Shown one piece after another: positions 25,658 through 34,086 of a DNA stretch of 48,306 nucleotides. Position numbers and translations under genes: made by a program. The stretch is from a virus. The notes beneath the pieces were generated by a model. That model did no database searches and had not been told where the DNA came from. It was given only the letters and a program-made list of their open reading frames with translations. Numbering within the stretch: the first letter of the stretch is position 1; each line of letters opens with the position of its first letter. The DNA is taken from IMG/VR virus record IMGVR_UViG_3300015202_000001. One strand, 5' to 3'.

Positions 25658-26230
25658 ATGGCATGGACAACGCCCATTACATGGACAGCAAGTCAACAGT
25701 TAACGTCGGCATTATTCAACCAACAGTTGCGCGATAATCAGAATTGGTTGTTAAACGGTAAAGGTATAACATTCAAAAGTTATCGCCCAGGTACAAATTA
25801 TTCAATTACTGGAACGTCTGCTTGGAATTATTTAGACGGTACGAATTTACTAATAACAACCCCTACAATTAACAGCGGTAGAATAAAAGCAACAATAACT
25901 TTCAACAGTGTAATTTCAAATCCAGGTGCAAACGCATCTTGTTATTTTGATATTCTAATGAACGGAACTTATTACGGTTCAAGTCAAACAGGCGGCGCAT
26001 TAGTTGGAGGTTCAAGTTACGGTTTAGGTATGGTTGGTTATGGTACAACTTTCGGAGTTGCATCGCCAGCAAGTAATTCGCTTAAACTAACTGCGATTTA
26101 TACTGGTCTACCTGTTACAAATTTCACAATCGGATTGGTTTACTTCTACACGGTAGTTGGCGGCGGCGGTTCAACATGTTTTGTAGAAGGGGTTTATAAC
26201 CCAATAACGATTACAGCCGAGGAGTTATAA
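25658..26230 (+). CDS. Putative receptor-binding/tail fibre protein, paralogue 1
   Basis: N-terminus MAWTTPITW...LFNQQLRDNQNWL is shared with the next gene. Confidence 0.55.
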   Translation: MAWTTPITWTASQQLTSALFNQQLRDNQNWLLNGKGITFKSYRPGTNYSITGTSAWNYLDGTNLLITTPTINSGRIKATITFNSVISNPGANASCYFDILMNGTYYGSSQTGGALVGGSSYGLGMVGYGTTFGVASPASNSLKLTAIYTGLPVTNFTIGLVYFYTVVGGGGSTCFVEGVYNPITITAEEL

Positions 26231-26799
26231 TGGCATGGACAACACCAATTACATGGAATAACGATTTGTTGCAAGCGTTTGTATTAAACACACAAATTCG
26301 GGACAATCAAACCTTCCTCGCATATTCTAAATTTATCGGTATTAAGAGATTATTTGCCCACAGCAACATTTCAATAACTTATAATGCTGGATATTATTAC
26401 GTTGATAGTACGAACCTTCTTGTACAAATACCTTCTGTATTTTCAACAGGGCGTTTACGAGCATGTGCATCATTCAATGTGATAACGCTGAACCCACCAA
26501 ACACATGCGAAACTCATTTTGATTTAATATTAGATACTTCGTATTACGGTGCAAATCAAAATGGAGGCACATTAGTTGCAGGTGCTTCGACTATGGGTTT
26601 GTCAAGTGTACATTACGGTAGTGTCGCGTCACCAGCAGGAACGCAAATATACCTGCAATGTGTTTTTAACAACGTACCGACAAACACTACACATACTATA
26701 GGCATTGGCGTAAAAGGTATTTCATCAGGTGGAACAACAGCGAGCGGTTTAATTGAAAATACGTATTCACCAATAGCACTTATCGTCGAGGAATTTTAA
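26230..26799 (+). CDS. Putative receptor-binding/tail fibre protein, paralogue 2
   Basis: MAWTTPITW...LNTQIRDNQTFL, similar length, conserved C-terminal I..EE(L/F); TAATG coupling. Confidence 0.55.
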   Translation: MAWTTPITWNNDLLQAFVLNTQIRDNQTFLAYSKFIGIKRLFAHSNISITYNAGYYYVDSTNLLVQIPSVFSTGRLRACASFNVITLNPPNTCETHFDLILDTSYYGANQNGGTLVAGASTMGLSSVHYGSVASPAGTQIYLQCVFNNVPTNTTHTIGIGVKGISSGGTTASGLIENTYSPIALIVEEF

Positions 26800-26805
26800 T
26801 GGTCA

Positions 26806-27504
26806 ATGACATTTACAAAAGAAGAATTCGAAACTTTACTTAAACTTCTGGAAATAATAACCCTTCTTGTCCCAACCAGTTTCGGCTTCCTGATGTTTTT
26901 AGTCAGGCACGTTGATGTTGGTGGACGCAGACGGGTTGAAAAGTTTATTGAAATAAACAAGCTCGACAAGGAAAGCACAAATCAACTAATCGAAAGTCAA
27001 ACGCGGCAGCTTGAAAGTTATCGAGCTGAAAGCGCAGAATTACAGATGCAAATAACGCATTATGTAAAACAAATCGCAGAGTTGAATACACAAATCAACG
27101 TTATCATTGAAAATTCAGAAAAGCAACAAACTGTATTCAAAAATGACTTCAAGGAATTGTCAACAAAACGTGACGATGCAATCAAGGAGTTGCAAAACTC
27201 TTTTGAAGGTTTACAAGAGAAATATATGGTAATGGAAAAACAGAATTCTGAAGCGACACAACAACGTGATTTAACGAAAGTTGAATTGGAACAAATGAAA
27301 ATAGAACGCGAACGGCGTTATGTTTTTGGGATTAGTATGGGGTTGTCGCGCGAAGATATTGACCAATTGGGCAAGGGGACATTGACATATTGTGATTTAC
27401 ATGATAAAATACTTTTGGCGGTGTTAAGCTACCAAAAGTCTGTGGACAATCCAGAAACAACAATTGAAATAAAGATTATCGAGAAGGATGTTAATAATGA
27501 ATAA
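26806..27504 (+). CDS. N-terminal TM + long coiled-coil protein (i-spanin-like architecture, function unknown)
   Basis: LLEIITLLVPTSFGFLMFLV followed by about 150 aa of heptad-rich sequence; neighbours the holin. Confidence 0.5.
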   Translation: MTFTKEEFETLLKLLEIITLLVPTSFGFLMFLVRHVDVGGRRRVEKFIEINKLDKESTNQLIESQTRQLESYRAESAELQMQITHYVKQIAELNTQINVIIENSEKQQTVFKNDFKELSTKRDDAIKELQNSFEGLQEKYMVMEKQNSEATQQRDLTKVELEQMKIERERRYVFGISMGLSREDIDQLGKGTLTYCDLHDKILLAVLSYQKSVDNPETTIEIKIIEKDVNNE

Positions 27505-27895
27505 TTTTGACTTTGTGCAAATTTTCACAACCGTGTATCGTTTGTTTATAGACATGATTTTACCCGGATTAGCGGCTGTAATTGTACATTACATTTACAC
27601 AAAATCTATGGAAACGTATCACAGTTTTTCAGCAGAGCGTCAAGCGCGTTTGTTGAACTTTGTTAAAGTTGCAATTAAAAGCGCAGAACAATTGGTTAAT
27701 ACCAATCAGCTTGAAAACGTATTGGCGACTAAAAAGTCTTATGTTTTGCAAGTCATTCAAGAATATGCGAATTTGCATGGAATGAAAATTAACGTATCTG
27801 TAATCGAAGCGGAAGTTGAAGCTGCAATTTACAACGGTATTAAAAAGGTCGATGTTCCTGTGGTAACGATTACTAATGTTGAAAGTTACAAATAA
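27497..27895 (+). CDS. Holin-like protein (LL-H-type architecture)
   Basis: N-terminal TM (ILPGLAAVIVHYIY), then AIKSAEQL...IEAEVEAAIY; start chosen for GAAGG RBS spacing (the track start 27488 is also possible). Confidence 0.5.
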   Translation: MNNFDFVQIFTTVYRLFIDMILPGLAAVIVHYIYTKSMETYHSFSAERQARLLNFVKVAIKSAEQLVNTNQLENVLATKKSYVLQVIQEYANLHGMKINVSVIEAEVEAAIYNGIKKVDVPVVTITNVESYK

Positions 27896-29205
27896 TGACA
27901 CAACAGTTGAATGATTTGAAGGACGCGCTGGCAATTGCCAGCGCGTCCAGTGTTGTAGATATAACCGTTAATAACACAAAATTCCAACTCTCTTGCAATG
28001 AATTAAGCAATGCTTTGGGAAATGTTCCGCTAACAATTCGATACGTATCAACCGATAAATTAAATGTTCGCAAGGAAGCCAAACTACAGCCGTCTAATAT
28101 TATTGGTTCGTTAGGCTTTAATGACAAAGTAACTTTCACAAATCTACCTGCGGTTGTTGCCGATAATATCGAATGGCACGAAATATTTTTCAGTAATGGT
28201 AAGGGTTGGATTGCCGATAAATATACAGCGACAACCGTTGGCAACCCACCAACAAAAAACAGTCCAGTTATAAACAAATACGGGTTTAATGTTTTAATTG
28301 GTTCCAATGACGAATATCAAGAAATATTTGATATGGCGCAACGGTTGTTCAATGCAGGCAAACCACTTGCAAGTGTTGTGGTGTTAAACAACGTTTTTTG
28401 GGCAAATCGGTTTAGTGAAGTTGTACCAATTGTTGTTGCGCGTTTTTACATTGACAGTGGTTCTAATTCTGACAAATATCCTGATTACAACAACGATTAT
28501 AACAGCGCGTTTAATGCGGGCTATCAATGGGTCACAAGTCACCGAGACATGTTCATTGGTTTGAAAAAATCAAATTATTTGTTGATTGGGAACAATCACG
28601 ATTTGATGAGTATTTACAACAAAGTTGAACACGCAATTTATTTGCAAGTTGTAAACGAACCAACTTATCGCGAATTTGATTACGCATTGTTTTACGGTAT
28701 GGCGAAAGCATATGAAGCAATTGGGTTCAAGGGGGTTTTATTCAACGATAGTGTTGGTCGTCCAGAACCTGAACAAATGTTGCAGCGTTCGCGTCAAACC
28801 GTTGAAGGTAAAGCGTTTTTCCAGTGGATGTTGGATAGTGGGCATTTGTACGGCTTGCATTTGTATGGGCGTTACGATGCTCAGGCAATGCGAGATATTG
28901 ACGAGGGAGATTGGTCAGACGTGCTGAACAAAACATATTACGGAGGGCGTTTTATGGAATTGTTTGACCCGTTGGCGGTAAAACCGAATGTTATTGTAAC
29001 TGAAAGCGGCGAGTTTCGGGCGCAGTTTTTAGGGAACGACCGCTTCGTAAAAGAAATGCAGGATTTTAACAACGACTTAGCAAAAGTCGATTACATTTTG
29101 GCGTTTAACGAATGGTGTTTGAATGATAATAACGACGCAATGTGGAAGCGTTCGCGGGCAAATTCGGCGCTTCCGTTGTTTGAACATACGGCGCTAAATT
29201 CATAG
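27895..29205 (+). CDS. SH3b-like domain + clan GH-A-type TIM-barrel glycoside hydrolase (putative endolysin or depolymerase)
   Basis: STDKLNVRKEAKL...WHEIFFSNGKGWIADKY (SH3b-like); VVNEP (res 252-256) and VTESG (res 368-372) spaced about 115 aa apart, like GH-A acid/base and nucleophile. Confidence 0.55.
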   Translation: MTQQLNDLKDALAIASASSVVDITVNNTKFQLSCNELSNALGNVPLTIRYVSTDKLNVRKEAKLQPSNIIGSLGFNDKVTFTNLPAVVADNIEWHEIFFSNGKGWIADKYTATTVGNPPTKNSPVINKYGFNVLIGSNDEYQEIFDMAQRLFNAGKPLASVVVLNNVFWANRFSEVVPIVVARFYIDSGSNSDKYPDYNNDYNSAFNAGYQWVTSHRDMFIGLKKSNYLLIGNNHDLMSIYNKVEHAIYLQVVNEPTYREFDYALFYGMAKAYEAIGFKGVLFNDSVGRPEPEQMLQRSRQTVEGKAFFQWMLDSGHLYGLHLYGRYDAQAMRDIDEGDWSDVLNKTYYGGRFMELFDPLAVKPNVIVTESGEFRAQFLGNDRFVKEMQDFNNDLAKVDYILAFNEWCLNDNNDAMWKRSRANSALPLFEHTALNS

Positions 29206-29216
29206 TATAAAGCGTT

Positions 29217-29254
29217 ACGGGGTTTGCGCAATTGCGCAAACCCCGTTTTTGTTT
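29217..29254. terminator. Intrinsic terminator at the convergence of the two arms
   Basis: acggggtttgcgc-aatt-gcgcaaaccccgt followed by ttttgttt. Confidence 0.8.
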
Positions 29255-29537
29255 AGTTGATATTTCCGTCTTCTTCAGAAAAGTCGTACAACATTCCTTC
29301 GTAAGCATCAAGATGTTCTGCAATAAGAACTGTTGGACTCAACCCATAGAATTGGCATAAACCGATATTGTTGTAAACATAAATCTCATACTTCTCAGGA
29401 GTGAAATCATATCGTTCTTCTTGTTCCATGAATTGACGCAATAACTCGAATTGGAATATTGCGTCAGCCGGAAGTTTGTCACTGTCTTCGGTAACGTGAA
29501 TGAAAGGCTTTTTATTAAACATTATTTTTATCTCCAC
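29253..29537 (-). CDS. Hypothetical protein (last gene of the leftward arm)
   Basis: ORF track. Confidence 0.65.
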   Translation of the reverse strand: MEIKIMFNKKPFIHVTEDSDKLPADAIFQFELLRQFMEQEERYDFTPEKYEIYVYNNIGLCQFYGLSPTVLIAEHLDAYEGMLYDFSEEDGNIN

Positions 29538-29832
29538 TTTTCTCTTCGATTATTTTTTCAACACAAATTATGTAACCAACAGCATCGACTAAATTATCGT
29601 CTTTGTGAGCGTGCTGCTCCCGCGCAATCTTCATCAATACCATTAACCATCCCACATCTTCAGGCGAAATATCCGCATTAGTATTGGCGCGATTTTTCAA
29701 ATACGTATTCCAAAAATCAGCTATTCGCCTGAAGTTGTTCGTCGGTGTATCGTAATTCTTTTCGCGCTCATTCAACGTTTCAATTATTGTATCTAAAATT
29801 ACCGAACCACTATCGCTAGTTTGGACAGCCAT
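29515..29832 (-). CDS. Hypothetical helical protein (start moved to MAVQTS)
   Basis: 17-nt overlap with the upstream stop; the N-terminal 40 aa of the track ORF overlap the upstream gene. Confidence 0.6.
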   Translation of the reverse strand: MAVQTSDSGSVILDTIIETLNEREKNYDTPTNNFRRIADFWNTYLKNRANTNADISPEDVGWLMVLMKIAREQHAHKDDNLVDAVGYIICVEKIIEEKSGDKNNV

Positions 29833-30244
29833 AAGTCGTAACCTCACCTTCCAAAAACCCGCCGATATATTTCGTAACCATAAACAAAATTTTGTTATCA
29901 GTAATTGGTTGACCCCAAAACTTAACAATAACATAAATACCGTTTTTAACATTTGCGATTTTAATTTCGCCTACCAACGTCAGTTTTATTTGTAATTGAC
30001 GAACACCACCCCAAATTTCAAAAAGTTCCTCTGCTGAAAACTTTCCTTGGTAACTAAAGTAATTTTTTTGCTCATCAATATTTTCATTCAATGCGATTTT
30101 AACTTTCCCATCGTTATGAATAATATCAATAAATGCGACTTGCATTATTGGCGCGTAATCGTCATTCACGCCGTTGTTCACCCAATCTTCAAAAACGTAA
30201 TCGGTTATATTTGTCATTTGTTTTCGTCCTGCAAATTTGCCCAA
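29816..30244 (-). CDS. Hypothetical protein
   Basis: ORF track. Confidence 0.65.
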   Translation of the reverse strand: MGKFAGRKQMTNITDYVFEDWVNNGVNDDYAPIMQVAFIDIIHNDGKVKIALNENIDEQKNYFSYQGKFSAEELFEIWGGVRQLQIKLTLVGEIKIANVKNGIYVIVKFWGQPITDNKILFMVTKYIGGFLEGEVTTYGCPN

Positions 30245-30465
30245 ATATTATTTTCGAATGTCGTTTCGTCCAAAAACTTTACAACTTCTTCGAGCATTGG
30301 TGAAAAATAATTTACTTTACGCCGGACAACGTAAATAATGTTTACGTTGTCCTCGCCTAAACTAATCGATATTACAACACCAACTTTGTAAACGGGCGTG
30401 TTGTCTTGTCCCGTTACGCTTACGTAACCGACTTCCTGCCCAATGGAAAACTTGTTTTTAATCAT
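30214..30465 (-). CDS. Hypothetical protein
   Basis: ORF track. Confidence 0.6.
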   Translation of the reverse strand: MIKNKFSIGQEVGYVSVTGQDNTPVYKVGVVISISLGEDNVNIIYVVRRKVNYFSPMLEEVVKFLDETTFENNIWANLQDENK

Positions 30466-30467
30466 GG

Positions 30468-30701
30468 CTATTTGACCCCGCTAATCTCGTAACCGCTCAC
30501 CCACACACAATGCCCATTGCCCAATTGAATATCGTAATACTCAAATAAATCTTTTCCGCGCGTATCTACCGCACTATCGATTACAATCGCAATTTCTTTT
30601 TGATACACAACATTTTCGCCAATTCCGAATTTTGCATCGGGCTGTTTTGTTTGTCGTGCGCTGTACGTCAACCACGTGTTGTCAACAAAATGTTTTCCCA
30701 T
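30468..30701 (-). CDS. Hypothetical protein
   Basis: ORF track; AAGGAA RBS. Confidence 0.65.
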   Translation of the reverse strand: MGKHFVDNTWLTYSARQTKQPDAKFGIGENVVYQKEIAIVIDSAVDTRGKDLFEYYDIQLGNGHCVWVSGYEISGVK

Positions 30702-30727
30702 CTTATTATTCCTTTTTTCTTTGTTTT

Positions 30728-30960
30728 AGAAACTTTTGGAAACTTTTAGAAACTTTTAGAAACTTTCGAACTTGTTTTGGAAACTTTTAGAAACTTTTAG
30801 AAACTTTCGAACTTGTTTTAGAAACTTCTGGAAACTTTTAGAAACTTTCGAACTTGTTTTGGAAACTTTTAGAAACTTTCAAACTCTTTTAGAAACTTTC
30901 CGGAAACTTTTAGAAACTTTCAAACTCTTTTAGAAACTTTTCTCTTTTCCAAGAAACTTT
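30728..30960. repeat. Iteron-like array: 17 GAAACTT boxes plus 5 degenerate boxes at 10-bp phasing, with a ~60-bp higher-order unit
   Basis: Counted directly: (a/g)GAAACTTTT units interspersed with cGAACTTGTTTT x3 and cAAACTCTTTT x2. Confidence 0.9.
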
Positions 30961-31625
30961 ATCAGCTTATTTATAAGTTCTGGCGCGTCAGCGCCAGAAC
31001 TTAACTCCAATTTATGTTTACTGTTGATATGTCGTAACGCACCCTTATCACGTTTTTCTGATGTTTCATAAGTTGAAGATTGGTAGCCACAATCGCTACA
31101 GATAAAACTTAACGGAAGATTTTCGGCGTCAACTGTCTTACCTTCCTGCACATCGATTTTTATTTGCTCATGCTTAATCGACACATTGTGCTGTAAGTTA
31201 GCAACGACGTAAATTAAACTGAACACGGGAAGCAGGCTCGGCACAATCACGATGCGAGCGTCAATGAGCGGCTGTAGCATCGAACGCCAATATTCCGTTA
31301 CTCCAGAACCCCAGACAAAAATGTCAACGTGTTCCGACGTATAGAAAAGCTGGAAATATGCTGACGCTAAAGCTGTTGCAACGAACGCGCCGAGCATCCA
31401 CAGACTTTTGTGTTTGGCAAGGGCGTGTGCGGTGATAAATTGACCGACGTCCACCGTTGCCGCAATTAAAATACCTGACACAAACCAAAATATTTGTGGA
31501 AGCGTTGTTGTCGGATAGTTGCCTTCAAAAATTGTTGCACTCGCAACCAAACTGTGCGAAGCTGTTGCCAATGAAATCGCAATGTAAATAATTTCATACG
31601 CATTAATCTTAAGCAGTTTTTTCAT
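30930..31625 (-). CDS. Polytopic membrane protein with a C-terminal zinc-finger-like tail
   Basis: Several hydrophobic segments; C-terminus FICSDCGYQ...ALRHINSKHK (CxxC...HxxxxH); the stop lies inside the iteron array. Confidence 0.65.
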   Translation of the reverse strand: MKKLLKINAYEIIYIAISLATASHSLVASATIFEGNYPTTTLPQIFWFVSGILIAATVDVGQFITAHALAKHKSLWMLGAFVATALASAYFQLFYTSEHVDIFVWGSGVTEYWRSMLQPLIDARIVIVPSLLPVFSLIYVVANLQHNVSIKHEQIKIDVQEGKTVDAENLPLSFICSDCGYQSSTYETSEKRDKGALRHINSKHKLELSSGADAPELINKLIKFLGKEKSF

Positions 31626-32001
31626 TATGACCCTCTTGCAAAGACAATTCAACTTTTGGGCTAATATCAAAAATATTAAAAATGTTTTTCAACATATCGA
31701 GAAACGCATTTGCCCAAAAATTGAATTCATCTCGCGCATCTTCAAGATTGTCAAACATCCGAAAATCTTTTGCGACGACAAACATTCCGTCAACCTTGTT
31801 CACAGTTGCGCTCATTGCAGCGCCCACAAGGTTTAGATTACCAAATTTGTAATTAAAATAAACGGCAACGATTGTGATTGGTAATGGGAACTGTTGAGTT
31901 TCAATTACCAAATCTGATTTTATAAACGTTCCAAATTTTTCAGTTTCACGGCGTAATTCCGCGATATTGTCAACACGCTTCACAATAATTTCATCTTGCA
32001 T
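31609..32001 (-). CDS. Hypothetical protein (start moved to MQDEIIV)
   Basis: 11-nt overlap with the primase stop. Confidence 0.6.
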   Translation of the reverse strand: MQDEIIVKRVDNIAELRRETEKFGTFIKSDLVIETQQFPLPITIVAVYFNYKFGNLNLVGAAMSATVNKVDGMFVVAKDFRMFDNLEDARDEFNFWANAFLDMLKNIFNIFDISPKVELSLQEGHNEKTA

Positions 32002-32908
32002 AATAACTTTCCTTCTTTTTGATTTTAACAATTGCTTCATCGAAAACGACGGCGTTTGAATGTAACGTGCGAATTTCAGCCAAAGAATAACAAACTGGTT
32101 TAGTTAAATAATCCCCCCAATTATCAATCTCGTCAGCCTCGCACCCAGGTAAAATTGTACCTATTGCGTAATCACTCATGATTAAAATTCTTGCGACACC
32201 TAACAAACCTGCGTCGTCGTTATCAAAACATGATACTACTTTTTGACCGTCTAAGCAAGCACTTTTCAGTATTTCTAACGATACTCTATTGAAGCCTTGC
32301 GAGCCTAAACACGTGACCGCACAAACGTCTTGTTGATATGCGTTCAGAACGCCAAACATACCCTCGACAATAAACAAAGCGTCCGTCTTACCGAGGTGCT
32401 CAAGTGGAACGACGGACGGCTTAATACCACGTTCAATGTATCGTACTTTTTGTGCAACACTTTTAACTTTGCGTTCTTGCAATCCGATAATTTCCCCGTA
32501 CACATTTCTCAATGGGAATACAATTGAATTTTTTGTTTGTCGTATATCGAATGTTGCGATTGTTTCGTTTGTAATACCGCGAACTTCATTCAGATATTTG
32601 TTGTTAGTAGCGACTGGCGCGGGCAAATGCCCGCGCCAGTCCACATTGTCGATTTTATGCTGTGATATTGAACCGTAAATACGTTTGACTTCACCGCGCG
32701 TTTCTGCGCACAAATCGAAAATCGTTCCAGCAACGCCACATGCAAAACATTTGTACAATCCGGTCAAACGATTGAAATAAAATGAATTCGCATTCGTGTC
32801 GTTATGAAATGGACAATGACACAAAATTTCGTTGCCTGAAGTTTTGTGTATGATTAGGTTTAGTTTAGTTTCATCATAATGGTATTTTTTCTTTTTGTTG
32901 TCAATCAT
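31991..32908 (-). CDS. dnaG: DNA primase (zf-CHC2 + Toprim)
   Basis: CHCPFHNDTNANSFYF...YKCFACGVAG; Toprim LFIVEGMFGVL and FDNDDAG. Confidence 0.88.
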   Translation of the reverse strand: MIDNKKKKYHYDETKLNLIIHKTSGNEILCHCPFHNDTNANSFYFNRLTGLYKCFACGVAGTIFDLCAETRGEVKRIYGSISQHKIDNVDWRGHLPAPVATNNKYLNEVRGITNETIATFDIRQTKNSIVFPLRNVYGEIIGLQERKVKSVAQKVRYIERGIKPSVVPLEHLGKTDALFIVEGMFGVLNAYQQDVCAVTCLGSQGFNRVSLEILKSACLDGQKVVSCFDNDDAGLLGVARILIMSDYAIGTILPGCEADEIDNWGDYLTKPVCYSLAEIRTLHSNAVVFDEAIVKIKKKESYYAR

Positions 32909-34086
32909 TAAGTCACTTCTTCGATTTGCGACTTGTCGAAGTCAATAATAAAATCAATTTCAACGTTTCCATTACCTTCACGTGACTTAATCGTCTTCAT
33001 GTGATACAAGCCCAATTGCATCATGTCCGCTTGTAACGTCGCAACAAGTGTTGATATTTGTCCAACCGTATCCGAAAATGCCAGATGTGATAAATCGACA
33101 ACTTTATCAGTCGCACCGCGCGACAATTGACTTGTCGCAATCATCGGCAGATTGTAATGCAAACCGATATTCGACAAATCGTTAAACACATTCGCAACAT
33201 TTGCATACTTATCACTTGACACAACATTCGGCGTTAAATGATACAACGCATCGATGAATATAAAGTCGGGCTTGAACGTCTCGACTTGCGCGCGTATTGC
33301 ATTGGTTGACAAACCGTTGAACGAACGCTGCATTATTGACGCGCGTCCAGACAAATTACGAACATCAGCAACAGCTTGTTTGATTATGTCAACTTCATTC
33401 TCAGGTAACAAGTTTAACCTGCGAAACTGCTGAGTATTGAACCCACCATGAAACGCAACAATCTTTGAAAATATTGCTTTCATTGTCATTTCACCAGACA
33501 CGTATAAGACACGCTCACCCGCCAATAAATGTTTGTATGCGAGCCACGAACTCATTACAGTTTTGCCGTTCCCAGGACGTGCAACAAGCGTAAATATTTC
33601 TCCAGGAAGCAAACCGTTTAATTCGTTATCGAGTTTTTGTATTCCAATAGTCTTGCCAGCAACACTCGAAAAGTCTAAAAATTCAATATCCGAACTGTCT
33701 AAAACGCGCGGTTGCTCGACTTCGGAAGTCTTAATCAACTCCTGAATGATTGGATTTAACGGCTGGTCTGTTTCAATCGCGTCACGGATTTGGTATGACA
33801 ATCCCATAATGTGACGCACACGGCGTTCAGCGTGGAATTGTTCGAACGTGTCTGCAAGAGGGTCTGGAGCGTCAATCGCTAACAGAATGTTACTCAACCC
33901 AGGTTCACGTGCAACACGCCCCAAATCGGGCATTATTCCAAACTTTGCGTGATATTTTTTGATATACACGTACGTATCGAGTTCAATACCTTCTTCCAAA
34001 AATGTGTCATTCAATTGGTACAAAAACTTTATGCGCTCTTGTTCGGTTGTATTTACGTCAGCCAAAATCTGTTTTAATAGTTTCAT
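32908..34086 (-). CDS. dnaB: DnaB-family replicative helicase
   Basis: VARPGNGKT (H1), SGEMT (H1a), FIFIDALYHL (H2), ATSQLSRG (H3). Confidence 0.88.
   Translation of the reverse strand: MKLLKQILADVNTTEQERIKFLYQLNDTFLEEGIELDTYVYIKKYHAKFGIMPDLGRVAREPGLSNILLAIDAPDPLADTFEQFHAERRVRHIMGLSYQIRDAIETDQPLNPIIQELIKTSEVEQPRVLDSSDIEFLDFSSVAGKTIGIQKLDNELNGLLPGEIFTLVARPGNGKTVMSSWLAYKHLLAGERVLYVSGEMTMKAIFSKIVAFHGGFNTQQFRRLNLLPENEVDIIKQAVADVRNLSGRASIMQRSFNGLSTNAIRAQVETFKPDFIFIDALYHLTPNVVSSDKYANVANVFNDLSNIGLHYNLPMIATSQLSRGATDKVVDLSHLAFSDTVGQISTLVATLQADMMQLGLYHMKTIKSREGNGNVEIDFIIDFDKSQIEEVT

Noticed and set aside
27320-27385. Embedded +1-frame ORF MFLGLVWGC... as an o-spanin inside the TM/coiled-coil gene
   Set aside because: It has only 21 codons, VWGC is a poor lipobox, and the mature peptide would be about 12 aa. 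It is not credible as an outer-membrane spanin.
27873-28307. Antisense and overlapping track ORFs inside well-supported genes (for example 27873..28307 minus, 34660..35061 plus, 44746..45102 plus, 10512..10814 minus)
   Set aside because: Each lies wholly within a longer motif-bearing gene on the other strand or frame and has no independent signal.
30728-30960. CRISPR array or solitary CRISPR repeats
   Set aside because: The period is 10 bp with no unique spacers. The units are far shorter than CRISPR repeats, and there is no leader or cas context apart from an unrelated Cas4-like nuclease 15 kb away.
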